Origin: the human T2T-CHM13v2.0 reference genome, Homo sapiens
Length of the DNA: 64,000 nucleotides
NCBI RefSeq assembly: GCF_009914755.1
Contig: NC_060927.1
Direction: 5' to 3' (one strand)
In this document: one piece after another, positions 28,460 to 41,793 of the stretch
How the letters are laid out: every line of letters begins with the position of its first letter
Numbering within the stretch: position 1 is the stretch's first letter
The notes under the pieces: generated by a model
What the model was told of the DNA's origin: nothing
What the model saw: the letters and a program-made list of their open reading frames with translations, nothing else
Database searches by the model: none
Position numbers and translations under genes: made by a program

Positions 28460-28960
28460 CATTTCTGTTATCAAAATCTGAATGCTAAATTGCTTTCAGC
28501 TCAAACCAATTAGCTAATTAGACTTGTGGTTCGTTAATGGAAAATTTCAGTGGTGGAGCAGTCTTTGGGCATAAACTGAGGTCCTGAATCTGTTTCTCTG
28601 CAATTATCTTTGCTTTACCTTCCCTGTGTATTGTGTCAATCCCCAGGGTAGCTTCCTCATGGCCACATGATGGCCACCAGCAAAAACTCCGGGCATGTGC
28701 CTCTATGTCTATAGCATTTTGAAGAACAGAGCTTCTCAAGATTATTTGAATAAAAGTCATTATCCTCCCTCTCTGGATGAACCCTTTTAACTCAATCACT
28801 CTAGCAAGAGATATAAATTTTCTTAATTGGCTTAAATCAATTGGGATATATTCTGGAGTTTGGGTCCTGTCAACCCTACTCAAAATCACATTGCTGCTGT
28901 ACAATGCGGAAAGTGTGGGATGAACACTGGGGAGGTAATGACAGTGTCCTCTGCAAAGCA
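28460..28960 (-). mobile_element. Old MLT1 (K/L-like) LTR
   Basis: CTCATGGCCACATGATGGCCACCAGCA and CTCAATCACTCTAGCAAGAG motifs. Confidence 0.45.
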
Positions 28961-30126
28961 AAGTACGTACGTTTAATTTATTTCAATGTGTGAAATAGCT
29001 AAGCATATGTGTTGTAAACATTCATGGAAATGGTGAACTGAACTAACCCTTCAGATAAGAACATTTGGAATCCAAGTGCTGCAAGAATTCAATTTTGCTG
29101 AATTTCCTAGAACTTCCTAAGGTTAAGCCTTGTCACTGATATGACACACTGGACTTGAAAATCCATTAGGTTATGCAAAACACTGCTAACTTGTTCAACA
29201 AAATGCAGGAAAAAGACTGTTCTCATCTTCCTTTGGCAGATTCTTCTCAAAATAAATATACTATAGTATTCTGAAGACTTGAGTAACAATTTGTTGGAAA
29301 AACAGTCATAATTTCCAAATAGATTCATTTACGTAACAATACTTATTTTTCATTTACTCTTTACCAGATTGACTCCTAAGCGCTTTGAAAATAGAAACTC
29401 ACCAATTTTGTTTTCTGTAGCTGCTTTAGGGTGGGTATAAATTATTAAGCTGCTAAATTTAAGAAGACTTGATCTTAAAGCATCCCTTGCCCACAGAATA
29501 AATATGGGGTCCTGAAATTTTAGAAATGAAAAATTTGAATCTTGGAATTTTTATAATTGCTTTTACTACGGGGGCCAAGTTTTTTGCTACATTTGAGCCC
29601 ACTTGACTTTACAGAAGTATATTCCCTATTATAATTTCACTGAGAAGGATATAATGCATGTATGACCAATGAATTAGAACAGAGGTGTGCCTGGGGAATT
29701 ATTTTAATTTTATAAGAATTGTTTAGTCTACTAAATTTTAAATACTGTATATCCCCCATAAATATATACTCTTCCTTGTGTGCTTTATATATAATATATT
29801 CTTTAAAATTTATCAGATTATTTTGAATTGATCTTATGCTTTTTAGTTCTAACTTTAATATTTTCAATCTAAAATATTAAATGAATTAAACTCCCTAATT
29901 TGTTATCCATTATCTTTACACAGCCCTATTTTATTTCTGTATTTATTAAGTATCTACAAAACTGACACAGAACCCCAAAACTGATTCATTAACTTAAATC
30001 TACTATGTGCTCCTTCTTCACAATATCTCCCTGTTTTACCCCCAGAGGCAATCACTATCTTGTTTTTGTGTTGCTCATTTCCATTATTTTATATACATAT
30101 ATATATAAGCTATATATATATATATC

Positions 30127-30437
30127 TGTGTTAAGATGACTTGTGTTTTTCTTTGATTCTTTCATCTTATCAGGAAAGAACAATACTTTCTTCTTTGAGA
30201 TGTGGTATCTCTCTATCTATTTTTTGTATAAGATATACAACATGATGTTATGGTGTACATAGACATAGTGTAATGGTTACAACAGTCAAGCAAATTAACA
30301 TAACCATCACCCTGGCATAGTTACCTTTTTTTTTTTTTTTTTTGTAGAAAGAGCACCTAAAAGTCTACTCTCGGCAAGTTTTCAGTATATAATAATGTAA
30401 TAATAATGAAATATAACAATAGAATAATAACTATATA
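30127..30437 (-). repeat. Diverged direct duplicate of the MIR/L1MA 3' junction at 30783-31072
   Basis: Colinear shared blocks TGTTAAGATGACTT, TTTTCTTTGATTCTT, CATCTTATCAG, CAACATGATGTTAT, GTCAAGCAAATTAACAT, AGAGCACCTAAAA, TTTTCAGTATAT. Confidence 0.85.
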
Positions 30438-30450
30438 ATATTGTTATATA

Positions 30451-30502
30451 CTGCACTCCAGCCTAGGCAATAGAGTGAGACCCTGTCTCAATAAATAAAT
30501 AA
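30451..30502 (+). mobile_element. Alu 3'-end fragment
   Basis: CTGCACTCCAGCCTAGGCAATAGAGTGAGACCCTGTCTC followed by (AATA)n. Confidence 0.85.
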
Positions 30503-30859
30503 GACTTCATGTGATATTCTAGGACTAAACATTTGGCCCTGGATTTTAAAATGTTAAAATCTACTAACTTGGGTAAAATTGAACTATGCAAAAGCTTAAG
30601 ATAAATTTGTTTCTGTAAAAGCTAATCCAAAAGGCAGATGTATATTGCCAAAATAAAAATGTGCCTAACTCACAGACTGTCTTGGGATGCTAGCCTGGCC
30701 AGGTTTTATAACAACAATCAGCATCGCCATTTTTATTATCATAGCAGCTAACTTCTATGAGCATTAACTAAACTGCAAGAACTATGTTAAGATGACTTAC
30801 TTGCATTTTTCTTTGATTCTTCCATCTTATCAGAAAAGGATAATACTTTCTTTTATGAG

Positions 30860-32775
30860 GTGATTATCTGTGTGATGTATTTATGTATTTTTGTACATAT
30901 TTAAGATAGGCAACATGATGTTATACATAGACATAATGAAATGGTTATATAAGTCAAGCAAATTAACATGTCCATCATCTGGTGTAGTTACCTTTTTGTT
31001 TGTGTAGTAAGAGCACCTAAAATCTGCTCTCTTCACAAATTTTCAGTATATTTACAATATTATTAACTATAGTCCTCATGCTGTGCATTAGGTCTCTAGA
31101 GTCATTCCTCCTACATAACTGTGAGTTTGTACCTTCTGACCTACATCTCCCCATTTCCTCCCCCTGCCCACTCCTGCTACCCACTGTTCTACTCCCTGTT
31201 TCTACATATTCAACTTTTAAAGATTCCACATATAAATGACACCATGCAGTAGTTATTATTTTTTTCTGTGCCTGGCTTATTTCACACAGTGTAATGCCCT
31301 TCAGGTTTATCTGTGTTTTTGCAAATGACAGGACCTCTTTTTATAATTGCTGAATAATATTCTGTTGTGTATATATAATATGTATGTACCACAATTTCTT
31401 TATTCATTCATTGCTGATCGACTCTTAGGTTGTTGGACTATCTTGGCTATTGTGAACAATGCTGCAATGAACATAGAGTGTAGGTATCTCTGTGAGGTGC
31501 TGAATTCATTTCCTTTAGGTATACACCAAGCGGAGGGATTTCTAGATTATGTGCTAGTTCTGCTTTTAATTTATTGAGGAACCTCCATACTATTTTTGTT
31601 GTACTACTTTGCATTGCCCCCAACAGTGTACAAGTATTTCCTTTTCTCCACATCCTTGCTGATACTTTTATTTTTTGACTTTTGAATAATAGCTATCCTA
31701 ACAGGTGTGAGGTGGTGTCTCATAGTTTTGATTTGCATTTCCCAGATTTACATGGTTTACAAATGTTTTCTACCACTCTGTAGGCTGCCTTTTCATTTTG
31801 TTGATTGTTTCCTTTATTGTGAAGCAGATTTTCAGTTTAATGTAGTCTCACTCATTTATTGTTGCTTTTATTGCCTGATCTTTTGGTGTGATAGCCAAAG
31901 AAATCATTGCCAAAGCCAACATCAAGGGCTTTCTCCCTTTGTTTTCTTCCAGAAGTCTTGTGTTTTCAGATCTTACATCTTTAATCCATTTTGAGTGGGT
32001 ATTTTTGTGTATGGTATAAGATAAGGTCCAGCTTCATTCTATTGTATGTGGTATCTAGTTTTCCAGCACTATTTATTGAAGAGCTATCCTTTCTTTCCAC
32101 ATTGTGTCTTTTTTGTAGCCTTGCCAAGAATTAGTTGCATATATAAGCTTGGGTTTATTTCTGGCTCTGTATTCTGTTTCTTTGGTTTATGTGTCTTTTT
32201 TATGCCAGTAACATATTGTTTTTATTACTATAGCTTCATAATATCATTTGAAATCTGGAATTGTGATGCCTCCAACTTTTTCTTTCTTGAGACTGCTTTG
32301 TCTATTCAAGGTCTTTTGTGAGTCCATATGAATTCTAGTATTGCTTTTTCTATTTCTGTGAAAAACATAATTAAAATTTTATAGAGACTGTTTTGCATAT
32401 GTATGTTGTTTTGGAGGGTATAAACATTTAAAAATATTAATTATTCAATCCATTAATTGTAGATATATTTTCTTCATTTGTGTCTCCTTCAATTCCTTTT
32501 ATCAATGTTTTATAGTTTTCAGATCTTTCACTTTCTTGGTTGAGTTTATTTCTGAGTATTTAATTTTTTGATGCTACTGTAAATGCTACTGTAAATAATA
32601 TTTTTTCTTGATTTATTTTTGTATAGATCATTATTGGTGTAAAGAACTTACTTTTGTATTCTACTACTTTACTGAATTCATTTATTAGTTCTAACAGGCT
32701 TCTTTGTTAGAGTCTTTAGGGTTTTCTATATATAGAATTATGTCATCTGCAAATAAGGATAATTTTACTTCTTCC
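30860..32775 (-). mobile_element. L1MA (L1MA6-8-like) 5'-truncated LINE inserted in a MIR
   Basis: L1MA 3'UTR (AAGAGCACCTAAAATCT...TATTAACTATAGTCCTCATGCTGT) plus degraded ORF2 to GTCATCTGCAAATAAGGATAATTTTACTTCTTCC. MIR halves lie at ~30740-30830 and ~32778-32920. Confidence 0.85.
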
Positions 32776-33044
32776 AGGGCAGGATTATATCTATTCCTGC
32801 TTTATAGATAGAAAATGTATGACATACAAGTTGAATAACTTTACCAAAGCTGTACAATTAGTAAATGGATGATCCAGGACTGAAATGTAGGCAGGCTGAC
32901 CCAAGATCTGGTTCTCAGAGGACAGATGAACATGCAACAGACCGCAGAACCCACTTCGAGGCGCCTCTTGGTTTCCAACCACAAGTAAGGACACCTTGCT
33001 AGGGAAACTGTCCAAGTAAAGGCTCATCCATCATTTGTCTTGGG

Positions 33045-33270
33045 AGAGGCAGCTAAGCAGAAAATGCACTGGAATGGGAGTCAGAAGTACTGGATTCTGG
33101 CCCCAGGTTGCTAAGCAACCTTAGGACTTTGGGTAAGTAACTTAGCACTTATCCTTTAAATAGGGATGAAAATACTTGTCCTGCCTCTTTTTAGTGGATA
33201 GTTATTAGGATCAATTGATATCATGTATGTGAAAGTATATTATGAAATATAAAACTCTCTACAAATAGTA
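33045..33270 (+). mobile_element. MIR (MIRc/MIR3-like)
   Basis: GGAATGGGAGTCAGAAGTACTGGATTCTGGCCCC ... GGGTAAGTAACTTA ... ATGTGAAAGTA. Confidence 0.65.
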
Positions 33271-34266
33271 AGTAGAGCTTGGGGCATAAATTATATATGT
33301 TGAAAGAATTGCGTATTTTAGGATAAGAGAAGATGTTTTGTGACCTTTCCCATATACCTTTTTCCATCCATTCTAGCTTTCATTCCCTCACCTTGTGATT
33401 TTTTTGTCTTTATTCCTACTGACCCATAAATTAAGAGACTTTTAAATTTTTTTTTGGGTGAGGAGAGTTCTGAGAATATTAACAAGACAGGGAGAAACTC
33501 AGGCCCTTGCTGAGATAAGTCATTCAGATCAGAATTAGGCTGAAAGTGTATGCAAAGTGGTTGTCAAATCAGTATCTTCAGTGATTTTTAGCAAAAAGTA
33601 AAGACACCTGAAACTGAGTGCTTTTTAAGACCCTCAAATACTTATTGAGGTTTCCAGCTGTCTTTAGATCATGTTGTGTGGTGGTTAGAATTTCAAGTAC
33701 TTTTCCGGAGCCTCCTACCTTGAAAGCTACGGACAGCCTCCTCCTGGCATCACATCAATGTAATTTGTATATTCTGATCCGCTGGTGCCTGGGGAGTGAA
33801 TGATGAAATATTCATGCTGGTGACCATTCATTTTCCCTCCACTAAAAGCTTCTGCTATCATCCTCTTGAAAGAGAGTTATGGAATTTACCTGCTGCTAAG
33901 TGCCTGTGCTCTTATGAAAACACCCAAATCAAGTTCACAAAATTAGGTTTCCAATTTGAATCAGCTTGGAGTGGATCCTAGATAAAACTATTAGAGTCTT
34001 TCCTGTGATGTCCCTTCATTGTTTTCAAACCCCCACCTGAAAACTCATTTGGCTTTCTGTTCCCAGAGCTTCACTGTAGTTGGAGAAGTGTCCTTGTCTC
34101 ATAGATTAATATGTTTGTCAACTCAAGTGTGATGTAGATATTTTTATATCTTACTTTCTAACATCATAAGTCTCATTTTGGACATATAACACTTTAGGAC
34201 CTCTGGATCTTCCTGGAGGTAGCTCTCATTTAGACTTACAAGACCAAGGTCACAAAAGTCAAGAGT

Positions 34267-34570
<304 letters not shown>

Positions 34571-34799
34571 TTAAGTAAATAAATTTGTCACTCAAATTGG
34601 AAACAACCTGTAAACACTTTATACTGTAAATCTTTAATGCTATAAACACTTTTGCAGTGTCAAAGGAAACTGGCTAACCCATGTTCTGCTATTTGCAGGT
34701 CCACTCCAGCCAAAGGCCATTGCTCTTGAAATTTCACCTATCGCCTCAGACAAGCAAGCAAGGAATGAATAGCTAGGACTGTGTTGTGTGTTTCCTGTG

Positions 34800-35305
34800 A
34801 GGCCACATCTCAGTTTAGGTTCTTGAGATTAGGATCTAGATGCAGGTAATTTATTTGGGAGATGATCCCAGGAAACAGGGTTGAGGCAGGGGTACAATGA
34901 GAGGTGAGGAGGATAAGCCAACAACAGCAACAACAATAAATAAAGGATGTGTTACTGACATGGCTACCACTGTGGGAACTGGGTTTAATTCCACAGTAGA
35001 CCCTCTAAGAAACCCTGCTTTCAAAAGACAAGATGCTGGGTCAAGTATCTACTGTAACCTCTCCCCCATTGTTTAATGGCTGCCCCCCAGAGTATAAAGT
35101 GCCCTACCCTTCTGGCTGCTTCCGCATATGGGCTAACACAGTTTTTGAGCTATGGAGGAAGCCCTGAGACAAAAAAGCAGAAAGAAGCTGTGCAACATAG
35201 TTGATGTGGCTCTCAATCATGTGCATAGAATCCTCTGTTACAGCTGCTTAGAAATAAGAGGTGGGTTGAATGGATATGATAGTGGCCCCAAAAGCATCTG
35301 CCACA
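34800..35305 (-). mobile_element. ERVL solo LTR (LTR33-like)
   Basis: TGCAGGTAATTTATTTGGGAGATGATCCCAGGAAACAG ... AAAGCATCTGCCACA. Confidence 0.55.
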
Positions 35306-35892
35306 GTTAGTTCCAAAGGTTCTTCAGATAAGGGATGTTAAGGTTGCTCAAAGAGGAAAGTACACGGTGGTAGGAGAGAAAATAAGTAGTAAAAGAAGAA
35401 GCAGATGCTTTCCAAGAAGGTAGAAAAAGGAGGACCAGTAGCAGAATGGCTTTTGTGGGAGAGGCAAGGCTCAGGAATGGCCCTGTGTAATATCTTACAT
35501 ACCTACCTGGTTATTCACTACTTCCCACCATACACATCTCCTTTCTCATCTCTGTTCCTTTGCCATGCTGTTGTCTTACCTTAGCAATTCCTCATGCCAG
35601 CCATTTTGTTACACAAATTCAACTTGACCTTTGAAGCACAATGCAGCTAGCTCCTCCCTTGATGGCTCTTCAAACAGCACACTATGTAATCAGAATAAAC
35701 CGCTCCCCCCACCACCCGCTTCCACATTCTCACACACTATATCCATTCTGTGTTTTCATTCATTTGTTTATTCATCCATTCAACAACTCTTTATTAAGTA
35801 CTTCCTACTGGCAAACAAATATTCATGTGTTTGGATGACCTATATCTTATACCAAACCTTGTAAACCAAGGACCATGTTTCAGCTGTCTATG

Positions 35893-36072
35893 GCAGTGGT
35901 CATACGGTTCCTAGACCAGCAACATCATTCCCTGGAAACTTATTAAAAATGTCATTTCTGGGTCCCATCCCAGATCTGCTGAATTAGAAACTCTGGGAAT
36001 GGAGCCCAGCAGTCTGCATTTTAACACGCTTTCCAGGTGATTCTAAGGCGTATAGTATTTTGAGAATCAGAG
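35893..36072. mobile_element. MER5A
   Basis: CAGTGGTC ... GACCAGCAACATCA ... CCCAGATCTGCTGAATTAGAAACTCTGGG ... CCAGGTGATTCT ... TTGAGAATCA. Confidence 0.8.
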
Positions 36073-38409
36073 TGTCCCTAGTATCTGGCCATATTGAGTA
36101 ACCAATACATTTTTGTTGAAGTTGTTTATGTAACACACTGTCAGGGATGCCCTAATCTAAACTCTTTGGCTCTTAAGAGTGATAAACTCTATTAAAGTGC
36201 AAAGGCTCAAATAAATAGGACCCTTCTATGTACCAAAAGAATGATACATTCACTCATGAGGCAGTTGGTAGCTTGGGGTCTTCTCAGCTCATAGTCTACG
36301 GAAGCATAGAAACAAGGACAGCACTGCTGACCATAACGTGCTTAAGCTGCCCCCACCTCCCTTCCTAAATGTTCCTCAGACCATGCATCTGTCATGCCTG
36401 TGAGTGACAAGGTCTACATGGGTCAATACTTCTGTTGAGTTCTTTGCGACCTGCCAATCAATAGGAGGGAAAGTCCAGTTCTTACAGGAAAATGAGTGTG
36501 TCCTCTGGAAGAAGAGAACTCTTAGGGTGATTCTTAAATCTCAAACCTAAGTTATTCCCTAGTTGGGTGTCAAGCCCTTTAGGCAACTGCATCAAAACTG
36601 GTGGTTGATGATGCAAAAACTTGCCAAAGTGTTCTAGTGAAGCCCAGTCTGTATATAGGTTCCTTAAAAATAAGGTCTAGGCCTGCCGGGTTGCTTTAGT
36701 CTGTATCTCCTTCTGCAGCTTCTGGCTTCACTTCTCAGGGACTGAGAAACCACATATCCTTTCACACCCTCACACTATGTCTAAACCACTTTTAAAAGAA
36801 TAGCATAGATGCTTTAAAAATAAAAAAGTGCTGGAGAACTTCCAAGGAACCTTTGTAGCTTTATGGAACAAAGGTCAGGGAAGAAAACAAGCTTTTTCCA
36901 GTGTCACAGCCAGGGGAGGTGCTTTACAATAGCAGTGTCTGCCTTGGGGCTCAGCATCTGTGGTTACACTGCAGATATAATAATGTATTTTGAAAAATAT
37001 ACATAAACACTGGCAGGAGGAATCCCCTATAGATAAGAAGATTGCTTTCAGTCACGATTCTTGGCATCTGCCCTCAGAATGGAATCATAGCAATCTGTAA
37101 TCATTTGCAGAGGCCATTTCCATCCTCTGCCTTCCAAAAGGGTTTTTCATCAAGTGGTAGAAACAGTTTCCCAGTAGATGCAGAAGGTTAAATCTTGCCT
37201 TCTCAAAGAAATGGCTGGTAAGGGCAGGGGAGGAAATAGATAATATCATTAAATGGCAAAGCTTGTTTTACCCTGCCATCCCACATATAAAAACACTTAA
37301 GCATCCTCTTCAAGTACTAATCTCTGGACTGCCCATTTATTCACTTTGTATTCTATGTCTCGTATTTGTGGTTTTCATAACTAGATATGTTAATCTTTAT
37401 CAGTACATGTACTCAAATTAAGTACTCTTTTAAGTCAGTTCAATAAGAATAAGCTGAGTCCTGCTAAGTCAATGGTTTTCAAATTATACTGTGCAAAAGA
37501 AAGCTTAACTTCTGTGTGCAGAAAAAAACAAGTGAGACTTCATTAAAACTGCAAATGACCTGGCTTCACTTCAACCCACTGAAACTGAATTTTGACTGTG
37601 GCCGGTGGTGGGATTGGGAAAGAGAGAAGCCTGAAGGCCTCATAACCTCAAGTTTAATCCAGGTGATTTCAATGCAATTTTTGTACCACACTGTGAGAAA
37701 TGTGGGACTAAATAATGATCATTTTAATAGCGATCTTCTGTGTCCAAGAGGAAGATCCTACTTAGCATGAAATATTTGAACACTGTAGCAGGAAAGTTGG
37801 AGCATGTAGTGAAGTTGTCCGTTTGTGATTTTATTTAGACAGGACGGCATACTCCTCAGGAGATTGGCTTTTGTACTAGTCTTAGTCTGACATTTACTAA
37901 TGTGTATCCTTGGACAAGTTGCTTAATCTTTTTGAGACTCAATTTCTGTATCTACAAAAATGATGAGATAATGCAGGTAAAGTGGCCGGCATACTCCCTA
38001 CGTGGGAGCTATTGTTACTGAGTAAGCGTATACAGAGATGAGTGAGAGATTGTTTAGAGCCATACAGGAGAAAAGTCACCTCTTACGGCCCATGATACGA
38101 AGGCTCAGGGTTAAGGAAAAAAAAAAATCAAAGTGAGCTGCAAAGCAATAGGGAATTGTGCTTAGTTCTTATAGTCTAACCCTAATGGAGATAAAGTTAA
38201 GACTTCATTCATTCATGTATTCAACCCATCAAAACCTGACAGGAGTAACTGGGGGCTTTCTTTAGATTATGCTTTGAATTTTAAATCCAGCCATACATGG
38301 AGGTTTAAACAAATAGAACCAGCTTGGTCACCATGGTCAATCATTTAAACAATTTTCTTGCTACCACTTTAAAGTTTCTTTTCCTCTGTTGAGTTTCTTC
38401 AAAGCTGAG

Positions 38410-39645
38410 TTTTAGGTCTTGTCCTCTTCCTATCCTATATACTTCTCCTAGGTAATGCTATCATCAATGCTTATTTTATTAATTACCAATAATCTAACTT
38501 CTAAATAACTATCTCCAGGATAGACTTTTCCTCCGAAGTCCAGACTCACATATCCTATTGGTCTGCTCATTTAAAAAAAATCTGAGTAACCCTAAGCCCC
38601 AAACTAAACTCACGGTCACCACTCTACAAACTTGTTCACCTTTCCAGAATTCCTTGGCTAAGTTGGGATTTAACTGGACATGTCAGAAAACTAGTAGTTC
38701 TCCTTGATATCTGCCTCTCCCTCCCTAACCTTCTTTACCCAGCACAACCAGTCTTCCCTCATGGATTGCAGATTTGTTTATATTTATTTATTTATTTTTC
38801 TCTGAGATGGAGTTTCACTTTTGTTGCCCAAGCTGGAGTGCAGTGGCACAATCTTGGCTCACTGCAAACTCCGCCTCTCAGTTCAAGCGATTCTCCGGCC
38901 TCAGCCTCTCGAGTAGCTGGGATTACAGGCGTGTGCCACCACGCCCGGCTAATTTTCTGTATTTTTGGTAGAAATGGGGTTTCATGGGGTCAGCCAGGCT
39001 GGTCTCAAACTCCTGACCTCAGGTGATCCACCCGCCTCGGCCTCCCAAAGTGCTGGGATTACCACGCCCAGCCGGATTGCATACTTTTTACCTCCAGAGA
39101 ATAGCCATATATTCATTGCTACTATCCTAGAAAACAGCTACCATCATCTCTTGCCTAGATTTTAGCAATAGTCTATATAGCCTAATTGCCTCCTTCAACT
39201 TTGCGCCTTCCCTTCAAAGCTTTCCCACTATTCTGAAAATAAGGACCCAAATCTTTAACATGGCCTACAAAACTGCATGCTTTCTAGCACGTAACTTGTA
39301 TGGTCAGTCACATCTCTCTACTTTTTAACCCCTTGCTTAATTAACTACTATGCATCCTGTGGATGTCAGCACAAGTTGCTTTTTCAGGACAGTGCTTTCT
39401 AATTCCCTTCTGGTATTTTCAGGTTCCTTTATTATATACGCTAACGGAATAGTATTCCATTTTTTTTGTTTTGTCTAATTTATGTGTTCATTAATGTGAT
39501 TACTTGATTAACATCAGTAGAACCCATTAAACAGTAATCTTCGTGAGAGTGAAAACCATGTTTTTTGTTATTGTTCACCATTATTTCTTTAGTGCCAAGC
39601 ACATAATAGGTCCACAATAAACATTTATTGAATGAATGTATGAAA
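38410..39645 (+). mobile_element. L2 LINE 3' portion (interrupted by Alu)
   Basis: ATCTCCAGG...TCCAGACTCACATATCC and AATCTTTAACATGGCCTACAA; 3' end AATAAACATTTATTGAATGAATG. Confidence 0.7.
38776..39073 (-). mobile_element. AluS (Sq/Sx-like) with small internal deletion
   Basis: CTCCTGACCTCAGGTGATCCACCCGCCTCGG. TSD GGATTGCA at 38763 and 39074. Lacks ~13 nt (ACAGGCGTGAGCC) at ~39060. Confidence 0.9.
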
Positions 39646-41751
39646 GTTTGCCTGTAAGCCCATCTGTGTGTTAGGGCAGAGACCCTACTTAAGTTTCCCT
39701 CTGGTCTCCTTGTTGCTGATAATTCTATGGTTATTCTGTGGCTAAGAATACAGTGAGCAGACATGATCTCCTGGGTTCACTGTCCTTTCTTTGTTGCATG
39801 GGCATTTAGGGGCCTTTTATTAAGAAAATTGCTTGACAAAGTGAATAGCCACTATTTGGAGAAGGAGGAAGAAAGAAGGATAAAAATAGTCACTCTTTCA
39901 GAAAAATATCCAGTGTCCAGTCCTTAACACTTTGGAAGAGCTTTCAGAGAAGAGCATGCTTTAATACAATCATCAGTGACCCAAATTGAATGTGAGCTTT
40001 CTTATTCTATGAGATGAAATAGACAAGTGCCTGCACTTTTCATATCTCTTTGCTTTTGTTTTAAAAGAAACCAGCATTCTAGCTAAGGTAGATTTTTACA
40101 TCTTTTTAATCCATGGCAGGGGAAATAAAAATTGATTCATATTTACTGAATACCTACTATTTTTTAAGACAGTGTGCTATGTTCTTTTGATTAAAAATGG
40201 ACACTGGTTATACATTAGAGTGATTTTTTTGCAAGTCCAAAGATATTTTTGCATCTTCTGGTCCTCAACGGGGTAAATGGACTAGAGGGAAATAACCACT
40301 GGAGGAAAGCATGACATGACATTTAAAAAATTTAGCAATTTGGCCTGGGAGTGAATTAATTATACTGCCCAGTTGGTACTCTGCTTCAATAGTGACTTAG
40401 CTTCCAGGGTTCAAGAGTTCGTTTTAATTTGGATATATCTACTGCCAGATCAGCTTTGATTTTGACATCGCAGTTTGGTGAATTTGAAGGTGGTTTCTAA
40501 CAGAAAAGGTATGAGCAACCAAGAGCTGGTCAGAGGCCAGATCCAGTGATATAGTTTGGGTTTCCACCATTGCAAGTACAGTTGGTGTTTAGTGACCTTT
40601 ATTAGTTGCTGCCCAAATTCATCTCTGTCAGCTATCCTCTATCACCTGCTGTTATGACATGTGGGGTCTCAGAAACAGCACTAAGAAAGAAGTTTCTATC
40701 AGAGCTTCCCAAAGCATAGGTACCTGTTAATCAGTTCCATTTTCAGGGGAGCTTTCAATGAAACCATTACTGTGGCATGAAAATTCAAAGGTGTCTGGGA
40801 GAATCTCGTATTGTTTGGGAGGTAGTAGATGGATGAAATAAAATACATAAGCTGCACTGTAACCCTTAGGTCTAATTTGTTTTTAATCTGACCTTGAAGT
40901 TTCTTTATATCAAGTCATAAATAACTCCCAGGGCATTTTGCACCAATGTTCACAGCTTATGCTTTTAGCCAATGTTATTAGTATGAATTGTACTTTCTTC
41001 CATAGACTCAGAAAACACCCCCAAGGCTCCAAGATACCCCAAATTTCATTAAATTCATTTTTCTGCTTTTTGAAGGAAAATACTGCCATCTTAAAAGAAT
41101 AGGGATTCCGGTATTTAAAAATGTATGTGCTGAGCAATGTGCTAGGTCTTTTACATATGTTGTCTGATTTACAGGTATTTATATAGAATGTGGTTGTGCA
41201 AATAAAACACATTCTGTAAAATTGTACTCTACAAATAGCAGTATAATAGAACAATAGACTTTGGGAAGACCGCTCAAAACCTATTCAACTTTGTAATGCA
41301 AACACTTATCTTAATTAAAAAAATACTAGCTTAGTTAAAATAGCATAGAATTCATCTATAAAAAAAGGTAAAGGTGGCTTGATGGACTGAGGCATAAAGA
41401 GGGGCGCAACTGCTGAGTTAAGGGAAAATTCCTCGATAACAATTTCAGAGCAGAGCACACGGCAAAACTGAGCCAAGAAGAAGAATGTGGGGGGAAATTA
41501 GCATAACATACACTACTCTGTTCCTCTGAGGCTTACTGTACTTAGCTATGTTGGTGTACTTTGCATTCAGTTGTAGTTTCTTAGTGGTGCAAAACCTCAT
41601 AGGCTGGAAAAAAAGTCTATAAACCAACATGACCTCTGCATTATACTGGCATAATTCCCTGTATAACAATCACACATAAACGAATTCACACTATAAAAAT
41701 AAGCATTGTAGAAGAGCAGAGGATAATTTTTATAATCTTTTTGGAGGTTGG

Positions 41752-41793
41752 TACACACACAAACACACACACACACACACAGACACACACACA
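41752..41793 (+). repeat. Interrupted (CA)n microsatellite next to a MIR fragment
   Basis: Visible tandem CA. Confidence 0.9.

Noticed and set aside
40395-40515. Possible exon (CTTCCAG| ... AAAG|GTATGA)
   Set aside because: The polypyrimidine tract is weak and all three frames contain stops. There is no supporting evidence.
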